DNA from: Eledone cirrhosa
Taxonomy: Eukaryota
Assembly (NCBI GenBank): GCA_964016885.1
Contig: OZ024743.1
Location: forward strand, 213,342,001 to 213,406,000
Direction: 5' to 3'
Length of the DNA stretch: 64,000 nucleotides
Part shown: positions 41,213 to 55,387 of the stretch, one piece after another
How positions within the stretch are numbered: the stretch's first letter is position 1
Layout of the letters: every line of letters begins with the position of its first letter
Program-made: the position numbers and the translations under genes
The notes under the pieces: model-generated
Database searches by the model: none
Told to the model about the DNA's origin: nothing
The model's input: only the letters and a program-made list of their open reading frames with translations

Positions 41213-41935
41213 AGATTTGAATGGATACAGTTTAGTTGAAAGGAATTTATTGACACGTGTTTCTATAACAGTTACATAACCTGAAAACAGCTGCTATCTA
41301 CAAAGTTTTAGTTATGCAGACATTCAATATTTCAATGTTATTATTTACTGTCATTTCATCAGAATAATATTACTGAGGACCTATTTGGTTTTTATAGAGA
41401 ATATTAGGAGGGAGGGGTGAAGTTGTTAGAAGAATAGTTGAGGGAGTGGTTTTTTGATAGCAGTGAGAATTTTTGGTGGCAGTGAGTAATTAGATTCCCA
41501 TCTGTTGTTTTGACATTTTTATAGAATATATTATTGGTTATTTTTCTAAATCTATAGAAGGATTAGAAATAGTAAAGATATGCGTGGTTGGTTTTGTGTT
41601 TGCACTTAATTAACATTCAGACTTAAATTTTTCTTTCAAGTGTACGTATCCTTTCACCCACGCATTCACACACAAATATATTTGCACACCTCTACAAAAT
41701 ACATATACTCACATTCACATAGTAACATGTTCATACTTACATACATATACACATGCATACATATATATATATACACACATGTATTTATGTACATACATAC
41801 GCGTTCATGTGTATACATTTTCATACTCAACTTATCTTTATATACACACGTATAGACACACACATATATACATACATACTCTAGTCTATGTGTACATATA
41901 TACATATACATACACATCTATATATATATATATAT

Positions 41936-42480
41936 AATAAATCTCAAGATTACACAATTTGCAGAAATTTTGGCTCCTGGAAAAGCTTTGGGTTTTAGCT
42001 AATTTCTCCTATTTTAGGGTAAACTTTTGATCGCTATCCCTGAGCGTCCAAGCTTTTTCTGCTAAAGTTGTTACATTTCTTTGGCTCTGGTGTTGTATTG
42101 AGTAAGAATGCCTATATAATCGAGATTTAAATTGTGTAATCTTGAGATTTATTACATAATCACAGACAAGAAGAAATTGCTGAATAACAGAATTGAACGA
42201 ACATTATTCTGCCGTCACAGAACTAAAACCCTTTTTCCCACTACAAGCCGAATATTACATAAAAGAGGGACATCCCCCCAACTATATAAACCTCAATCTA
42301 GTTAGAAAAATATAAAAACAATCTCTTCTCAACATATATTAATAACCTTAAATTACCACACTAATAATGGAAAGATATGCTGATGAGAATAGGTGCAAAT
42401 ATGCGATAATGAATGTGTCTAAAAACGTCCATAAGTATGTATATATATGTGAAAATGTATATAAATAAGTAAATATATAT
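41936..42480. pseudogene. C-terminal half of a Penelope-like GIY-YIG endonuclease with a 5' inversion, followed by a degenerate hammerhead
   Basis: Minus: LYRHSYS..RNVTTLAEKAWTLR..FTLK*..FCKLCNLEIY; plus: KLCNLEIYYII..LLNNRIE..FCRHRTK; then UAUG-CUGAUGA...AAAAC-GUC/CAUA at 42376-42433. Confidence 0.78.
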
Positions 42481-42530
42481 ATATGTTTGATGTGTATAGT
42501 TAGATGTAAGTATATTCATGTATTAAAGTG

Positions 42531-42602
<72 letters not shown>

Positions 42603-43155
42603 GATGTGTATGTATATGTATATATGTACACATAGACTAGAATATGTATGTATATATGTGTGTGTCTATACGTGTGTATATAAAGATAAGTTGAGTATAA
42701 AAATGTATACACATGAACGCGTATGTATGTACATAAATACATGTGTGTATATATATATGTATGCATGTGTATATGTATGTAAGTATGAACATGTTACTAT
42801 GTGAATGTGAGTATATGTATTTTGTAGAGGTGTGCAAATATATTTGTGTGTGAATGCGTGGGTGAAAGGATACGTACACTTGAAAGAAAAATTTAAGTCT
42901 GAATGTTAATTAAGTGCAAACACAAAACCAACCACGCATATCTTTACTATCTCTAATCCTTCTATAGATTTAGAAAAATATCCAATAATATATCCTATAA
43001 AAATGTCAAAACAACAGATGGGAATCTAATTACTCACTGCCACCAAAAATTCTCACTGCTATCAAAAAACCACTCCCTCAACTATTCTTCTAACAACTTA
43101 ACCCCCCCCCCCCTCCTTATATTCTCTATAAAAACCAAATAGGTCCTCAGTAATA

Positions 43156-43276
43156 TTATTCTGATGAAATGACAGTAAATAATAACATTGAAATATTGAA
43201 TGTCTGCATAACTAAAACTTTGTAGATAGCAGCTGTTTTCAGGTTATGTAACTGTTATAGAAACACGTGTCAATAA
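43156..43276 (+). ncRNA. Type I hammerhead ribozyme with a ~90-nt stem II domain (mirror copy at 41247-41367 on the minus strand)
   Basis: UUAUU-CUGAUGA-a-augacagu...acuguuau-a-GAAAC-ACGU-GUC/AAUAA. Confidence 0.72.
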
Positions 43277-43423
43277 ATTCCTTTCAACTAAATTGTATCC
43301 ATTCAAATCTTTCTATTTTTCTCCGGATTACTTTTGGAACTACAACTGGAACCGCCGAGCAAACTCTACGTGAGCTGTCAATCTACTGTGTGTAATATTT
43401 ATATTACAACACAACGGAAAATA

Positions 43424-43501
<78 letters not shown>

Positions 43502-43616
43502 ATAGATATATGGGAGTGCGTGTATATGTGTGCATATAGATGCGTATATATAAATTTAAATATATGTATACATAAGTTGTTTTCAACTTGTACAAAAATC
43601 TAGGGATTTAATTGAT

Positions 43617-43680
<64 letters not shown>

Positions 43681-44390
43681 CACACATGCATATACATATA
43701 TATATGTATATGCATGTGTATATGTATATATATATATGCATGTGTATATGTATATATATATATATATATGCATGTGTATATGTATATATATATATGCTTG
43801 TGTATATGTATGTTTGCATGCATGCATGAATACACTAAGCTTTACATTTAGTAGAATGTACAACCACTAATTCCAGCTACTTGTACTATCATATATTTTG
43901 GTTTCTATCAATTACCCGGGGAATTGGTTGACCAAATGCTTTGCTTACTTGTTTTATTTATTTAAAAATACATTTTATTCTTTCTCTTAGACTTCAGTTG
44001 TTTTTTGAAAGCAAATCATTGGGCTCTAAAATACTACAGTGGGCCCTGCAATGCTACTGCGATGATATTGTAAAATAAAAACTGAAAAAAGATAGGTTGT
44101 TCCTCTCGACCAGGATTGAACCCAAGACTAGGATCTCCAACTACTCTAGTATCTATCGACAGTCCAACAAGACAGCTACGAAAAGATACTGAAAATTCAT
44201 ACTTATAAACCTACTTTCAAAATTTTCAAAAGAAAATCATGTGTTGTCGTTCATGTCTTTCTTAATGTTATTGCTCGTACTTAAGGTCGACTCCTAAATC
44301 ATTTGGGTGTTCCATAAACATATATTCATATATATGTTTTTGCATGTCAGTTAGATTCTAACTTACAATGATTGGCATTATATATATATA

Positions 44391-44640
44391 CAGTGGCGGA
44401 CTGGGTCTAAAAACATTGGTTGCCAGGAGATGAAGAGGCCTACATATAGAATGCTATAATTAAATTTATAATGAATAAACATCATTTTCAAAAAATACAA
44501 AAGCAGAAACAAAACAGTGCAATCAAATTTTTGCGGAAAAATATCTTACCTTCTCCAATAAAAAAATATCATGTACTTTGCGAAATCGAGAGACTCAATA
44601 ATGACCTTAGCCTTTCACACTCACTCTTTCTCTCTCTCTC
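44391..44640 (+). mobile_element. hAT-like left end, second copy
   Basis: Matches 40229-40310 and 40970-41118. Confidence 0.55.
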
Positions 44641-44641
44641 T

Positions 44642-44690
<49 letters not shown>

Positions 44691-45169
44691 AGAGATGGTC
44701 ACCAATTTTAGAAGGCTGCGTTGTTTTACGATTTAGAGGGGAGTTCGTTTCCCTAGCTTGGCTGGTAGAACATCTCTTCTATTTGTTGTTAGGTGTAGGT
44801 AAACAATTAAGCAAAAAGAACATACCTCGAGATTATATGTACATGAGCATTTTAATCAGAGCAATAAACAAAACAGGTTATCATATCAGTTGCTCCTTGA
44901 TTGGGTATCAAATCGTAATTATCATTTTGTGGCACTGTTCAAATATCCCTTGACCGCATGGTGTGATATCGCTGTTTCGCCGCCGTGAAACGCGTCTGCT
45001 CGCATCAACACACAACGTCCTAGAGAGTGTATTCAGCTACTGACGTCAGAACATGACGTCAGAACTAAGGGCAGTTAATCGATTTCCTCCAAAGTCAAAG
45101 CTAGGTGGCGTGATCTTCTACACACACATTTATATATATATAATATATATATATATATAATATATATAT

Positions 45170-45395
45170 AGTCAACATGAATGGACTTGCTATTTTTATC
45201 TAAAGACATTTTTTCCAATTCCAACTCACCCATCCCCTCAATCTATTTTATTTCTCATTCTTTCTTCTGATGAAGGACTAGCGTCCGAAACGTTAAGACC
45301 CTCTTCCTGCTATATCAAGCGTAACCTAATATATACCTTCCATATACTGTACGGCTTGTGTTGTTATTTCTGTTTACCTTTTATTTATATATATA
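45170..45395 (+). mobile_element. Family C unit with the best-preserved minimal hammerhead (45263-45298)
   Basis: UCUU-CUGAUGA-a-ggac-uagc-gucc-GAAAC-GUU/AAGA. Confidence 0.8.
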
Positions 45396-45396
45396 T

Positions 45397-45752
45397 AAAT
45401 CGTAAGGGACCAGATTCGCTAGGGTGAATAGGATACTAACTATGAACAATACGGTTTGCCAGGCTCAATTTAAAATAAAAAAATTAAGAAAAAGTACAAA
45501 CCGAAATTGTGACAACTATCTTTCTTTAATCATTCTTTTAAATTGAGACTGGCAAACCCTATTGTTCATAGTTAGTATCCTATTCACCCTAGCGAATCTG
45601 GTCCCTTACGATTTGAACACATATATGTATATATCTCTGTTTATCTCTCTTTATTATATTGAATTATATATATATATATATTTACGCATACACACGAACT
45701 TCTGACCAAATAATGTTAAAGACATCTGTCAAATCAATTAGTGGTGAACGTG

Positions 45753-45800
<48 letters not shown>

Positions 45801-46455
45801 GCACATATACATTCATATATATATATATATACACACACGTACACATACACATATAAATATATATATATATGCACATATACATTCATATATATATATACAC
45901 ACACGCACACACATACATATAAATATATATATATATGTACAATGTCGATCAGAACCCTAGGGATTTTTATACAAGTTGAAAACATCTTATGTGCACATAT
46001 TTATAAATCTCTATATATATACACATACACACGTATACACGTACTTCCATATATAATATATAACCATACAGCCCCTTGTTAGTATCCTATTCACCCTAGC
46101 GAATCTGGTCGCTTACGGTTTGAACACATATATGTATATATATCTGTGCTTATCTCTCTTTATTATATTGAATTTTGGCAATATCGGTAGAGGGTCGGAC
46201 GCCATGCTTTGACGCATAGAGTTACGGTCCTTGCCATTCTGAGTTCAAATCCCGCCGAGGCTAACTTTGTCTTTCATCCTTACGGGGTCGATAAAATAAA
46301 GTACTAGTAATGTACTGGGTTATTTCTGGCCTTGTGCCAAAAAGTAGAAAGAATTATATTGAATTATATTATATGTCCCGAAATAGTTTTTTTCTTGAGC
46401 TAATTAATTGTAAGAGGTTATTTTGAGTTTCTAACTCAATATATACTTTTGATAT
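45397..46455. mobile_element. Family D pieces: palindrome at 45397-45665 and a further arm plus tail at 46078-46455
   Basis: Homology to 6625-7077 (aaatcgtaagggaccag.ttcgcta.ggtgaa..., gagtttctaactcaatata). Confidence 0.8.
46175..46352 (+). mobile_element. SINE inserted in a family D element
   Basis: 13-bp TSD attatattgaatt. Confidence 0.9.
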
Positions 46456-47714
46456 ATATATATATATACATGTGTGTGTGTCTATATATATATATGTTTG
46501 CATGAATGAATACAGTAAATTTTATATTTAGTATAATGTACAACCACTGATTCCAGCTACTTGCACCATCATATATTTTGGTTTCATTCCCTGGGGAATT
46601 GGTTGACCAAATGCTTTGCTTAATTGTTTTATTTATTTAAAAAAAAATTTATGCTTTCTCTTAGACATACGTTTCTAGATACATATGTATATAGTCTCGT
46701 AAATATGTAAATTTCAATGAGAGCCGGCTGTTTCTCTATTGGTTAAAAAAAAACAAAAAAAAAACAACAACCAACCCCACCAGAGGATAAGCCTTATTTG
46801 GGAATGTTAAAATGTATTCATCGTGTTTCCCTACATCCATTTGATATCTGAATACCCTCTTCTGTCTGTACAAGCTTCATTCTTTCCTCACAATCATCTT
46901 GGTAATATTTGCTCTAACTTACGACCTTTCTACGGCTCCCCCTTTCCCACTCTCTCCTGATTTTAACTTATCTTTCTCATTACATTCTATTTCTTCTTCT
47001 CCTCTCTAATTTCTCAGTTTCATTCAAACAGTTCACATTATTATTTCTTATTCATTCTTCGCGTTTTGAATTCATTCTTCTAAAATATATTGATCAAGGA
47101 AACACAAGAACAAAAGGAAAGAAAACGACTTCCCAATCAATATACCGTTCTCACTCACTTTCTTCTCATTCTTCATCCTTGCTCCTTTATCTCACAGTAA
47201 ACACCATGTTTAAGACATTACATACTGTAAGCATCGAATAGAAGAAAATGCTAAGCGCATTATGTCCCCAACACACAACCACCAACAGCTCGACGTGCAT
47301 CTTGGGAAACCAGCTTTTCATTATGACTCAGTCATGTTCTCAATCCCACCACTCTCTTTTTATATAAAACATTTTTCCACATTTGTTTTCAGCTCGTGAG
47401 ACCGACACAAATTTTTCATCTATAATTTGTGGCTATTATCTCGTTTATCATTTCTTCAAAACGTACTTTTCTACACACACACACGCACGCACACACACAC
47501 ACACATATATATATATATTTGTCTTTCTCTCTCGCCCATTCTCTTTCTTTCATCCCATATTTATGTGTGTTATTATGCGTCAGTGTCTATACGTATACAA
47601 ATACATAGGCATATACCACTTATATGCAGCAAGAGGCAAATATTGGAATGAATTCCATCTTTACATTATCTCCAAAATTACCTATCACATAAATTATATT
47701 ATTATTATTGGTAC

Positions 47715-48519
47715 AAGGGTTGTGGATTGGCAGATTCGGTAGAGCATCGGGCACCCTGCTTCGCGTCAGAGAGTTACGGCCCTTTATGTTCTGAGTTCAA
47801 ATCCCACTGAGGTTAGTTTTACCTTTCATCCTTACGGGGCCAATAAAATAAAGTACCAGTAATGCACTGGAATAAATTTAATAGACTTTCCCCTTCTCTT
47901 CAAATTGCTGGCTTTGTGTCTAAAGTGGAAACAATTATTATTGGTAAAATCTGAAGCGAAGAATCCTTAGAGCGTTTAACAAATTCTTTGTGGCATTTAG
48001 TTTCGGCTCTTAGTGTTTTGAGTTCCAGCTTTGCCTTTCATCCTTTGGAGATCGATAAATTGAAGTACTGGAGTCGATATAATCGACTTTACCACTCCCC
48101 ACAAATTGCTAATCTTGTGCCTAAATTAGTGAATTGGCAGTATCGGTAGAGGGTCGGACATGCTTTCCAGCATAGTTACGTCCCTTTACGATCTGAGTTC
48201 AAATCCTGCCGAGGTTAACTTTGCCTTTCATCCTTACGGGGTTGATAAAATAAAGTACCAGTAATGTACTGAGTAATTGCTGGGCTTGTGCCTAAAATAG
48301 AAACAATTATTACCAAAGTCTGTGGTGAATTGGCAGTATCGGTAGAGGGTCAGACATGCTTTCCAGCATAATTACGTCCCTTTACGATCTTTGTTCAAAT
48401 CCCGCCGAGGTTAACTTTGCCTTTCATCCTTACGAGGTCGATAAAATAAAGTACCAGTAATGTACTGGTAATTGCTAGCCTTGTGCCAACAGTAGAAACA
48501 ATTATTACCAAAGTCTGTA
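47715..48519 (+). mobile_element. Cluster of four SINE copies; the last two form a near-identical tandem pair
   Basis: Four cores; the last two both end agaaacaattattaccaaagtctgt. Confidence 0.88.
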
Positions 48520-49815
48520 GCGTACTTTTCTCTATTCCGAGTGCTATTTGAGATCAAATTTAAGTGGTCCTGATTTTAATTTTCAAATTCATCGACACAT
48601 TTACCTACAGTACCTTTTGAATACAGCTATATTTGAAAATAGCTATATTTGATATAACTCTGTGATGACTGTAGTGTTCTTAAATGTTAGATGTTGAGTG
48701 TTGAGGCATAATGAAATAATTTCATTTACATTCTCATTTATCCACCCGCAGATGAAATGATTCTTCAACGGAATTATGTGTGATTGTACACATATTTGAC
48801 AGTGCAATGATGGCGCCATAGTTCTCAACAGAAGTGGAATATCCACATGTACGAAGATATATCTGCAGATTATTGTAAGGTAATTCCAGAAGAAATACGA
48901 CTAGTTATTATTTATGGATATGAGCATTTTCCAATAATACAATCGCAATGGGTTAGATAAAAATGTGCTTATAGAGAAAACAATATATACCTACTTAGCT
49001 TTGTATTCACATACCCAACTGTGGTACTACATATCCATACTACCATGTAAACATACACATTTACATATTCACACGTATATCCATCTTTGCCGGATATAAA
49101 AATACAAAAGTGGTTAGGATTTTTGTCTTATGGGAACTGAAAAATTTGCCCAAGGTATCGTAAAATTTGATTTTAAGTTAGCCAGAAGTATTTATTAGAT
49201 TTGATTTGGAAAAATTCCAAACTAGAAGGTATATATTTTCTACTACCGTACGCTAGCCTCGAAAAATATATCTAATGTGCAATAAGACATTTTCATAGAA
49301 TAAAAACAAAAAACATTCATAAGCATGCAGGACAGGGAGACACATACACACGCACGTTCGCAAACCCATATATATATATATATATATATATACATACATA
49401 TATATATAATTTTGCATTTGATTATATTATATATATATATATATATAATTAAATGCAAAATTAAAATCGAAACCTATACGAGTGCTTTTATGCATGTGAC
49501 ATGTATTAAACCCAAAATAAATATGCGTGCTTGTGTGCATATGTGTATGCATATGTGCGTGTATTTATACACATGGGAATGCTTGTGAATGAATAGGTTT
49601 ATGAGTAACTATGTATTTATAGTAGGTAGTGCTATCTACACGTGCTATCTACTCAGTTCGATAGAATCAATTTTATAATAGTTTAGTGAGCTCCACAAGT
49701 TGTAAAGAATGAAACATAATTATATACGCACACAGTAATCCACACACACACACACGCACCCACACACACACACACACGCGCGCACACACATACATACACA
49801 CACACACACATACAT

Positions 49816-49873
49816 TAAACGACGGAAAAAGAAGTTGCCAGCGGTCGATGGCAACTTCTTTTTACGTCTTTTA
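49816..49873. repeat. Short palindrome inside a (CA)n region
   Basis: aaaaagaagttgcca-gcggtcga-tggcaacttcttttt. Confidence 0.75.
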
Positions 49874-49957
49874 TAGGTCTTCACCCTATTTTATAAGCCA
49901 TTTCATACCATCGCTGCGCTTGAGCACATCACTGCTTTATACCTATTCACACGCGCG

Positions 49958-50051
<94 letters not shown>

Positions 50052-50437
50052 TACACACACACACATATACACACACACATGTATATATATATTTGAATGT
50101 CTCTCAATTTGCACTTTTTTTTCGATTGTTTCTAATGGTATTGTAAATAATATGTTTCTAGATAGTTTGCAATTACATGGGAACAGTTCAGATTAGAAGT
50201 ATTGATTAAATCAACCCCAGTAATTGAGTGGTACATTACTTTAATAAGCCCAGAAGGATCAAACGCAAAGTTGATTTTGGCGTAATTTGAACCCAGAACA
50301 AATTTAATAATAGCATTTTGACTCTCTAACACTTCTGCCAATTCACTAACCCTCATAATAGGCAAACAAGTTGGTAATATAAGCCTCCAATATCAGAAAA
50401 AATTGGCCCCCACCCATATATATATATACATATAAAA

Positions 50438-50515
50438 TGGTGTCCCAAAAGATGTATACACACTTTGATTAGAATGCTGTTGAAGTGAGTATACATATTT
50501 TTGTAACACCCTGTA
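50438..50515. mobile_element. Tiny Tc1/mariner-like MITE
   Basis: Imperfect TIR ggtgtcccaaaagatgtatac / gtatacatatttttgtaacaccctgta in a TA context. Confidence 0.5.
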
Positions 50516-50542
50516 TATATAATTAGAAACTATTATTGCCAT

Positions 50543-50715
50543 GGCAGTATCGGTAGAGTGTCGGACGCCATGCTTTCCAGCATAGTTACGTCCCTTTACG
50601 ATCTGAGTTCAAATCCCGCCGAGGTTGACTTTGCCTTTCATCCTTACGGGGTCGATAAAATAAAGAACCAGTAATGCACTGGGTAATTGCTGGCCTTGTG
50701 CATAAAGTAGAAACA
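50543..50715 (+). mobile_element. SINE
   Basis: 11-bp TSD attattgccat. Confidence 0.9.
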
Positions 50716-51262
50716 ATTATTGCCATATATATATAGGACGGCCTCTGTGCAGGTTCTGGATACCAAAGTTCACTAAAACGTTACTGGTCTACCCAAGATT
50801 ATGGTAGAAAACACACATCAAAGGATTGGAAGAATGTGGTTGAACCGGAAACAGGTGGCTGGCTTGTGACGTGAACTGCTTAATCGCCCACCTATGTTTG
50901 CATCCATATATATTGGTGTGTGAGACATTAGTGAAAGTTATTTTCCAAGAATAGAAAAGAGATCTACTCCAATAAAAACTATATGATCACGAATTTGTAA
51001 ATATATATCTACAATCTAGACTTTACAGTCACGAAACGCAGAAATGAGCACAATATAAAGAAAATTCTCTACGCTAAACATTAGAAGAAAGAATCTAACT
51101 CTTTTAATACTAAGATGAATTTTAGTTCCAAACATGGTATAAATGTAGTGTCGATATGAAGTTTAGTACACCACTTTGATATAAATATGTATCAACGATC
51201 CAACGAAGGTGCATCTAGGGTCCTAATCTCCCTTCTAGATGTTGCTGATAAATCATCCTATA

Positions 51263-52089
51263 TTCGACAAAAACCAAATTACAAATATAAAACATGGAAA
51301 ATTAGTGATATATGAAGCTGGTATATATGCCTCAGTGATTGTCATTTGATGTACAGTATATCAGTGGCGAAGGGTAATCTGCAAAGCAGGGCATGCAATC
51401 CAATCGCCATGGCGGAAAGTGGGACTGTACAGCCTTACCCCACCCCCCATTCCCTCTAAATGACCCTCCCGGTCAAAGCCGCATGTAGTGTTATCTAGTG
51501 TGTGTGTGTGCATGTGTGTGTGTTATCTTTTTATGTGTCTACGATTTAGTAAGCAGTCAAAATTCTGCTTGCCCCAAAGCTGTCGTGTGTTTGTGTGTGT
51601 ATGTGTGTGTGTGTTATCTTTTTATGTGTCTACGATTTAGTAAGCAGTCAAAATTCTGATTGCCCCAAAGCTGTCGTGTGTTTATGTGTATGTGTTTGTG
51701 TGTATATGTGTGTGTGTGTGTGTTATCTTTTTTTGTGTCTATACGTTTTAGTAAGCAGCCAAAATTCTGCTTGCTTCAATCGACGCAATGGATCAACTCA
51801 AGATTCTATAACGCATGCACTGCATGTGTTGCATGCACGGACCCTTCGCCCCTGCAGTATATGTATAATTAAATTCTGTGGCTATGTAATATTTCTTTTC
51901 TATTTAATATTTGAAAATATTTTCTTCCTATATTAATCTCAATATTTGTTTCCTTCTTTACTCTAATATTGTTGTCTTAGGTTTAATATGATCATTGCAA
52001 TAACATCGTATAGCGCCGTTGTTTGTAGGTCTCCAACGAGCCTGTCACTGGTTCAGTTTATTATCGCTCGTTGTCTGTCTGTCTGTCTG

Positions 52090-52146
<57 letters not shown>

Positions 52147-52802
52147 ATATATATATATTATACACCGAACCAGTGGAAACCTGTAAATAACGGTGCTATA
52201 CGCTTTTATTGCAACGATCATATTAGAGTGAGAGAGAGATTTAGAGAGAGTGATTAAGAGAGAAAGGATAGGTAGATAGATAGATAGAGAGAGAGAGAGA
52301 CACTCAGAGAGAGAATGAGCGATTGTATGCAGCTATACGGCCTGCATAAACATCGCAATCAAATATCCCTTAAATCACACCCTACTGTGTCAACAAAACG
52401 ATGACTGTTTGGCTACACGTCGTTTAAAAAAAAACAAAAAAAACAGCTGAAAAGACTTTGATCATAAATGTGCAAGATCAGTAACGTTTCGAAGTTAAAC
52501 AGCAATAACACTCTCGAAAGATGATAAAAAAGCGAAATAATAAAACCCGATAAAAACGTTTTACATAAATTTTAAAACCCATTAAACTTAAGACAACAAT
52601 ATTAGAATAAAGAAGGAAACAGAAATATTGAGATTAATATAGGAAGAAAATATTTTTTAAATATTAAAATAAACAAAGAAATATTACATAGCCACATTAT
52701 TTAATTATAGATATACTGTGCATCAAATGAGTATCACTTAGGTATATATACCAGCTTCATATATCATTGTAATTTTCCATCTTTTATATTTGGTTTTAGT
52801 CG
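51263..52802. mobile_element. Old fold-back structure with ~225-bp arms (51263-51990 minus the MITE / 52580-52802)
   Basis: tgatatatgaagctggtatatat and aatattttcttcctatattaatctcaatatt recur in reverse complement. Confidence 0.7.
51362..51854. mobile_element. hAT MITE, 493 bp
   Basis: 14-bp TIR cagtggcgaagggt / acccttcgcccctg (13 of 14), 8-bp TSD cagtatat, three internal ~90-110 bp repeats. Confidence 0.88.
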
Positions 52803-52803
52803 A

Positions 52804-52932
<129 letters not shown>

Positions 52933-55387
52933 ATGAAAAACAAAACCCGCCACAGGGCAGACGAACTCAGGAGAGTCAACGGCCATCCAATAAACATTTT
53001 TTTCCCATTTCTTTTTTGTGTGGAGAGAGAGCCTCCATGTCTTTATTAAGACATCTCTCCTTTCTGCACAGCATTCCGTCTATAGCAGTTTGTCTCAACT
53101 ATTATTTATAATGATTTACTCTTATCATAGTCCCTTACATTGGGGAGACTGAATTTGAAATTTACCAAGTTTCATAAGATGCTCGAATTTTCACACTTCT
53201 AGCATACAATTTTCAAATAGACGTAACTGGTGGTTAGAGACCCATTGATCATAATCGTCAGTGCACTCGCAAATATCTCTGTCTATATCGTCCATTTCCA
53301 GAGGTCCTGATCTCGATTTTCTCAATTAATATTTATAGTGATAGACTAGTGTAGTAATAATATACTAGGTTTGGCTGAAAATTTCAGATTGAAAAGTTCA
53401 TTGGTTGACCAAATACTCTCATGGAATGATCAAATGCGGTTTATTTTTCAACATAGTCCCTAGAAAGATACAATGCAGTTATTATTAAGAAGAGTTGAAA
53501 TTAAAGCAAGCAAGATTTCACAGCTCTAGCATCACTCCTGCGAAGTCCGCCTATGAATTTTTCGGTATGCACAAATCCTCCCCCCCGCATATATATTTCG
53601 TCGTGTGGATAAGAGCCCACGTATTTACATATTTCATACACTTTAACTTTCATATTATTCGTTCGTGCAGTCTCATATACACGCAAATACTAGCACATCA
53701 AACACCTTTTCTCAGTCAACATCTCAATAAACACAGTCCAATAGCTAGAAGCAGCGGAAAAAGAAACGAATAACACATACACACACACACAATGCGCATA
53801 CACACGCACACAATACACAAATAAACATACAGCAGACACAAACATACACATACATATACATCTATATTTACATTTTATTCCCATATCTGTAAACTGGAAG
53901 TATGAATAAACATTGAGTCATATCGTGTTGAATAACAAAAGATTTGAAACCGTGTAGCGCCTATCGGGTGTTCTAACTATGTTTGCACTACGTGTGTCTC
54001 CAATCTATTTGTCTTATATTGTATTTCCGGCAAGCCCTGCCAGTGTTTGTCGATTTCCAATGTTTTTCGTTTACATTCATATTGACCCATATTGATATAT
54101 CGCTTCGCTTTCTGTCATTTTCTACTTACTATGTTTTTAAAATGTTGTCTTGTTCTAATTTTTACTTTATTACCTGCAAATCTAAACTGTATAAACATGC
54201 TGAACCGCAACACATACAGCAGAAAAATATTCCAAAAGACTGAAAAAACAAGACAAAAATTTCGAAAAAAACTCCACCAAACTGTAACCGTTCCTACGTC
54301 TACATACTCACTGCAAGTATAAGCTTCTAAAAAAAGAAAGAAAATAAATAGCTGGAGATTGGACATAGTAATAATGAGTTCTAATTCTGGTGCAAGGTGA
54401 GCAAGGTTGAGGAGATGGAAAAAACGATCATATTGACCGTAGTAATTGACTGTTATAATCGATTAATGAAAGATGGAAGGCTAAGTTAACATCTTTGGAA
54501 TTGGAACTCAGAATTTAAAGAGTCAGAATTCGGAGGTGGCAATGGTGGAAATCGAACAACGTTGCTATTTCGAAGCATCAATTCACATCTAACTAAAATA
54601 TTGAAAATAGAAGAAGAAAAATAGACGTCGGCAGGTTTTCATGTTGAGTGTTATAGTGTTTCGGTGACAAGAACAGCCTTTTAGTGAAATTATTGTACAC
54701 GTAAATGGTTGAGCATTCTCAGCGTAATTCTAAGGGAGATTCAGGTTGAAACAGTGTATAAAAATGCGGCCGTCCCTTTGAATTAAACGCACATTCAATT
54801 TGATGGGCTTCCAAACTGTTTCTCTCATTCACAAGACTTAGGTTGACATTTAAATATTCTGACATCACAACATGGTATTTGGCTTACAGCAGTATTTGTG
54901 ATATTTATCTGTGTGCATATTTTAATTAACATTTTCACCTGAGATCGTGCACTGTCGTGACTTTAACATTTATATATCAACGTAATCCAAGACTATTTAA
55001 ATTGCAAATGTTAATTGAATATTTTACCCCTTCTTCAGGAAGTAGAGCACTTATTAATGTTAATTTATTAACAGGGTGCTTTTGGGAACTGCATGCCTAC
55101 CAATTCATATCAGTTTGTATCTGACATAGATCTGTGGTCTAATGTTATCTGGAAAGAAAATGAAACAACAGCAAAAAAACAGCAAAAAAACATCAAAAAA
55201 AAACAGCAAAAAAACAGCAAAAAAAAACAACAAACCCCCAAAAAACAACAAAAAAAGAACAGCACGAACATCAACTGGAACATAAAAAGAAAACCTTAAA
55301 AGCAAAATGAATGCTTCACTTTCTGAAGGGATGACTCAAGAAGAAAAAGAAAAAAACGACGACGACGACAAAGAAGAAGAAGGGTGG

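Larger units (their letters stand above)
41208..43430. mobile_element. Large fold-back element with ~710-bp arms (41208-41921 / 42599-43315) plus a right tail
   Basis: Arms are highly similar reverse complements; each contains a hammerhead. Confidence 0.88.

Noticed and set aside
44950-45015. Hammerhead-like motif on the minus strand
   Set aside because: The core reads UUGAUGC and stem pairing is ambiguous; too degenerate to call
48643-48870. Possible host exon on the minus strand after a ctgcag acceptor
   Set aside because: Two frames are briefly open, with no recognisable domain and no partner exons
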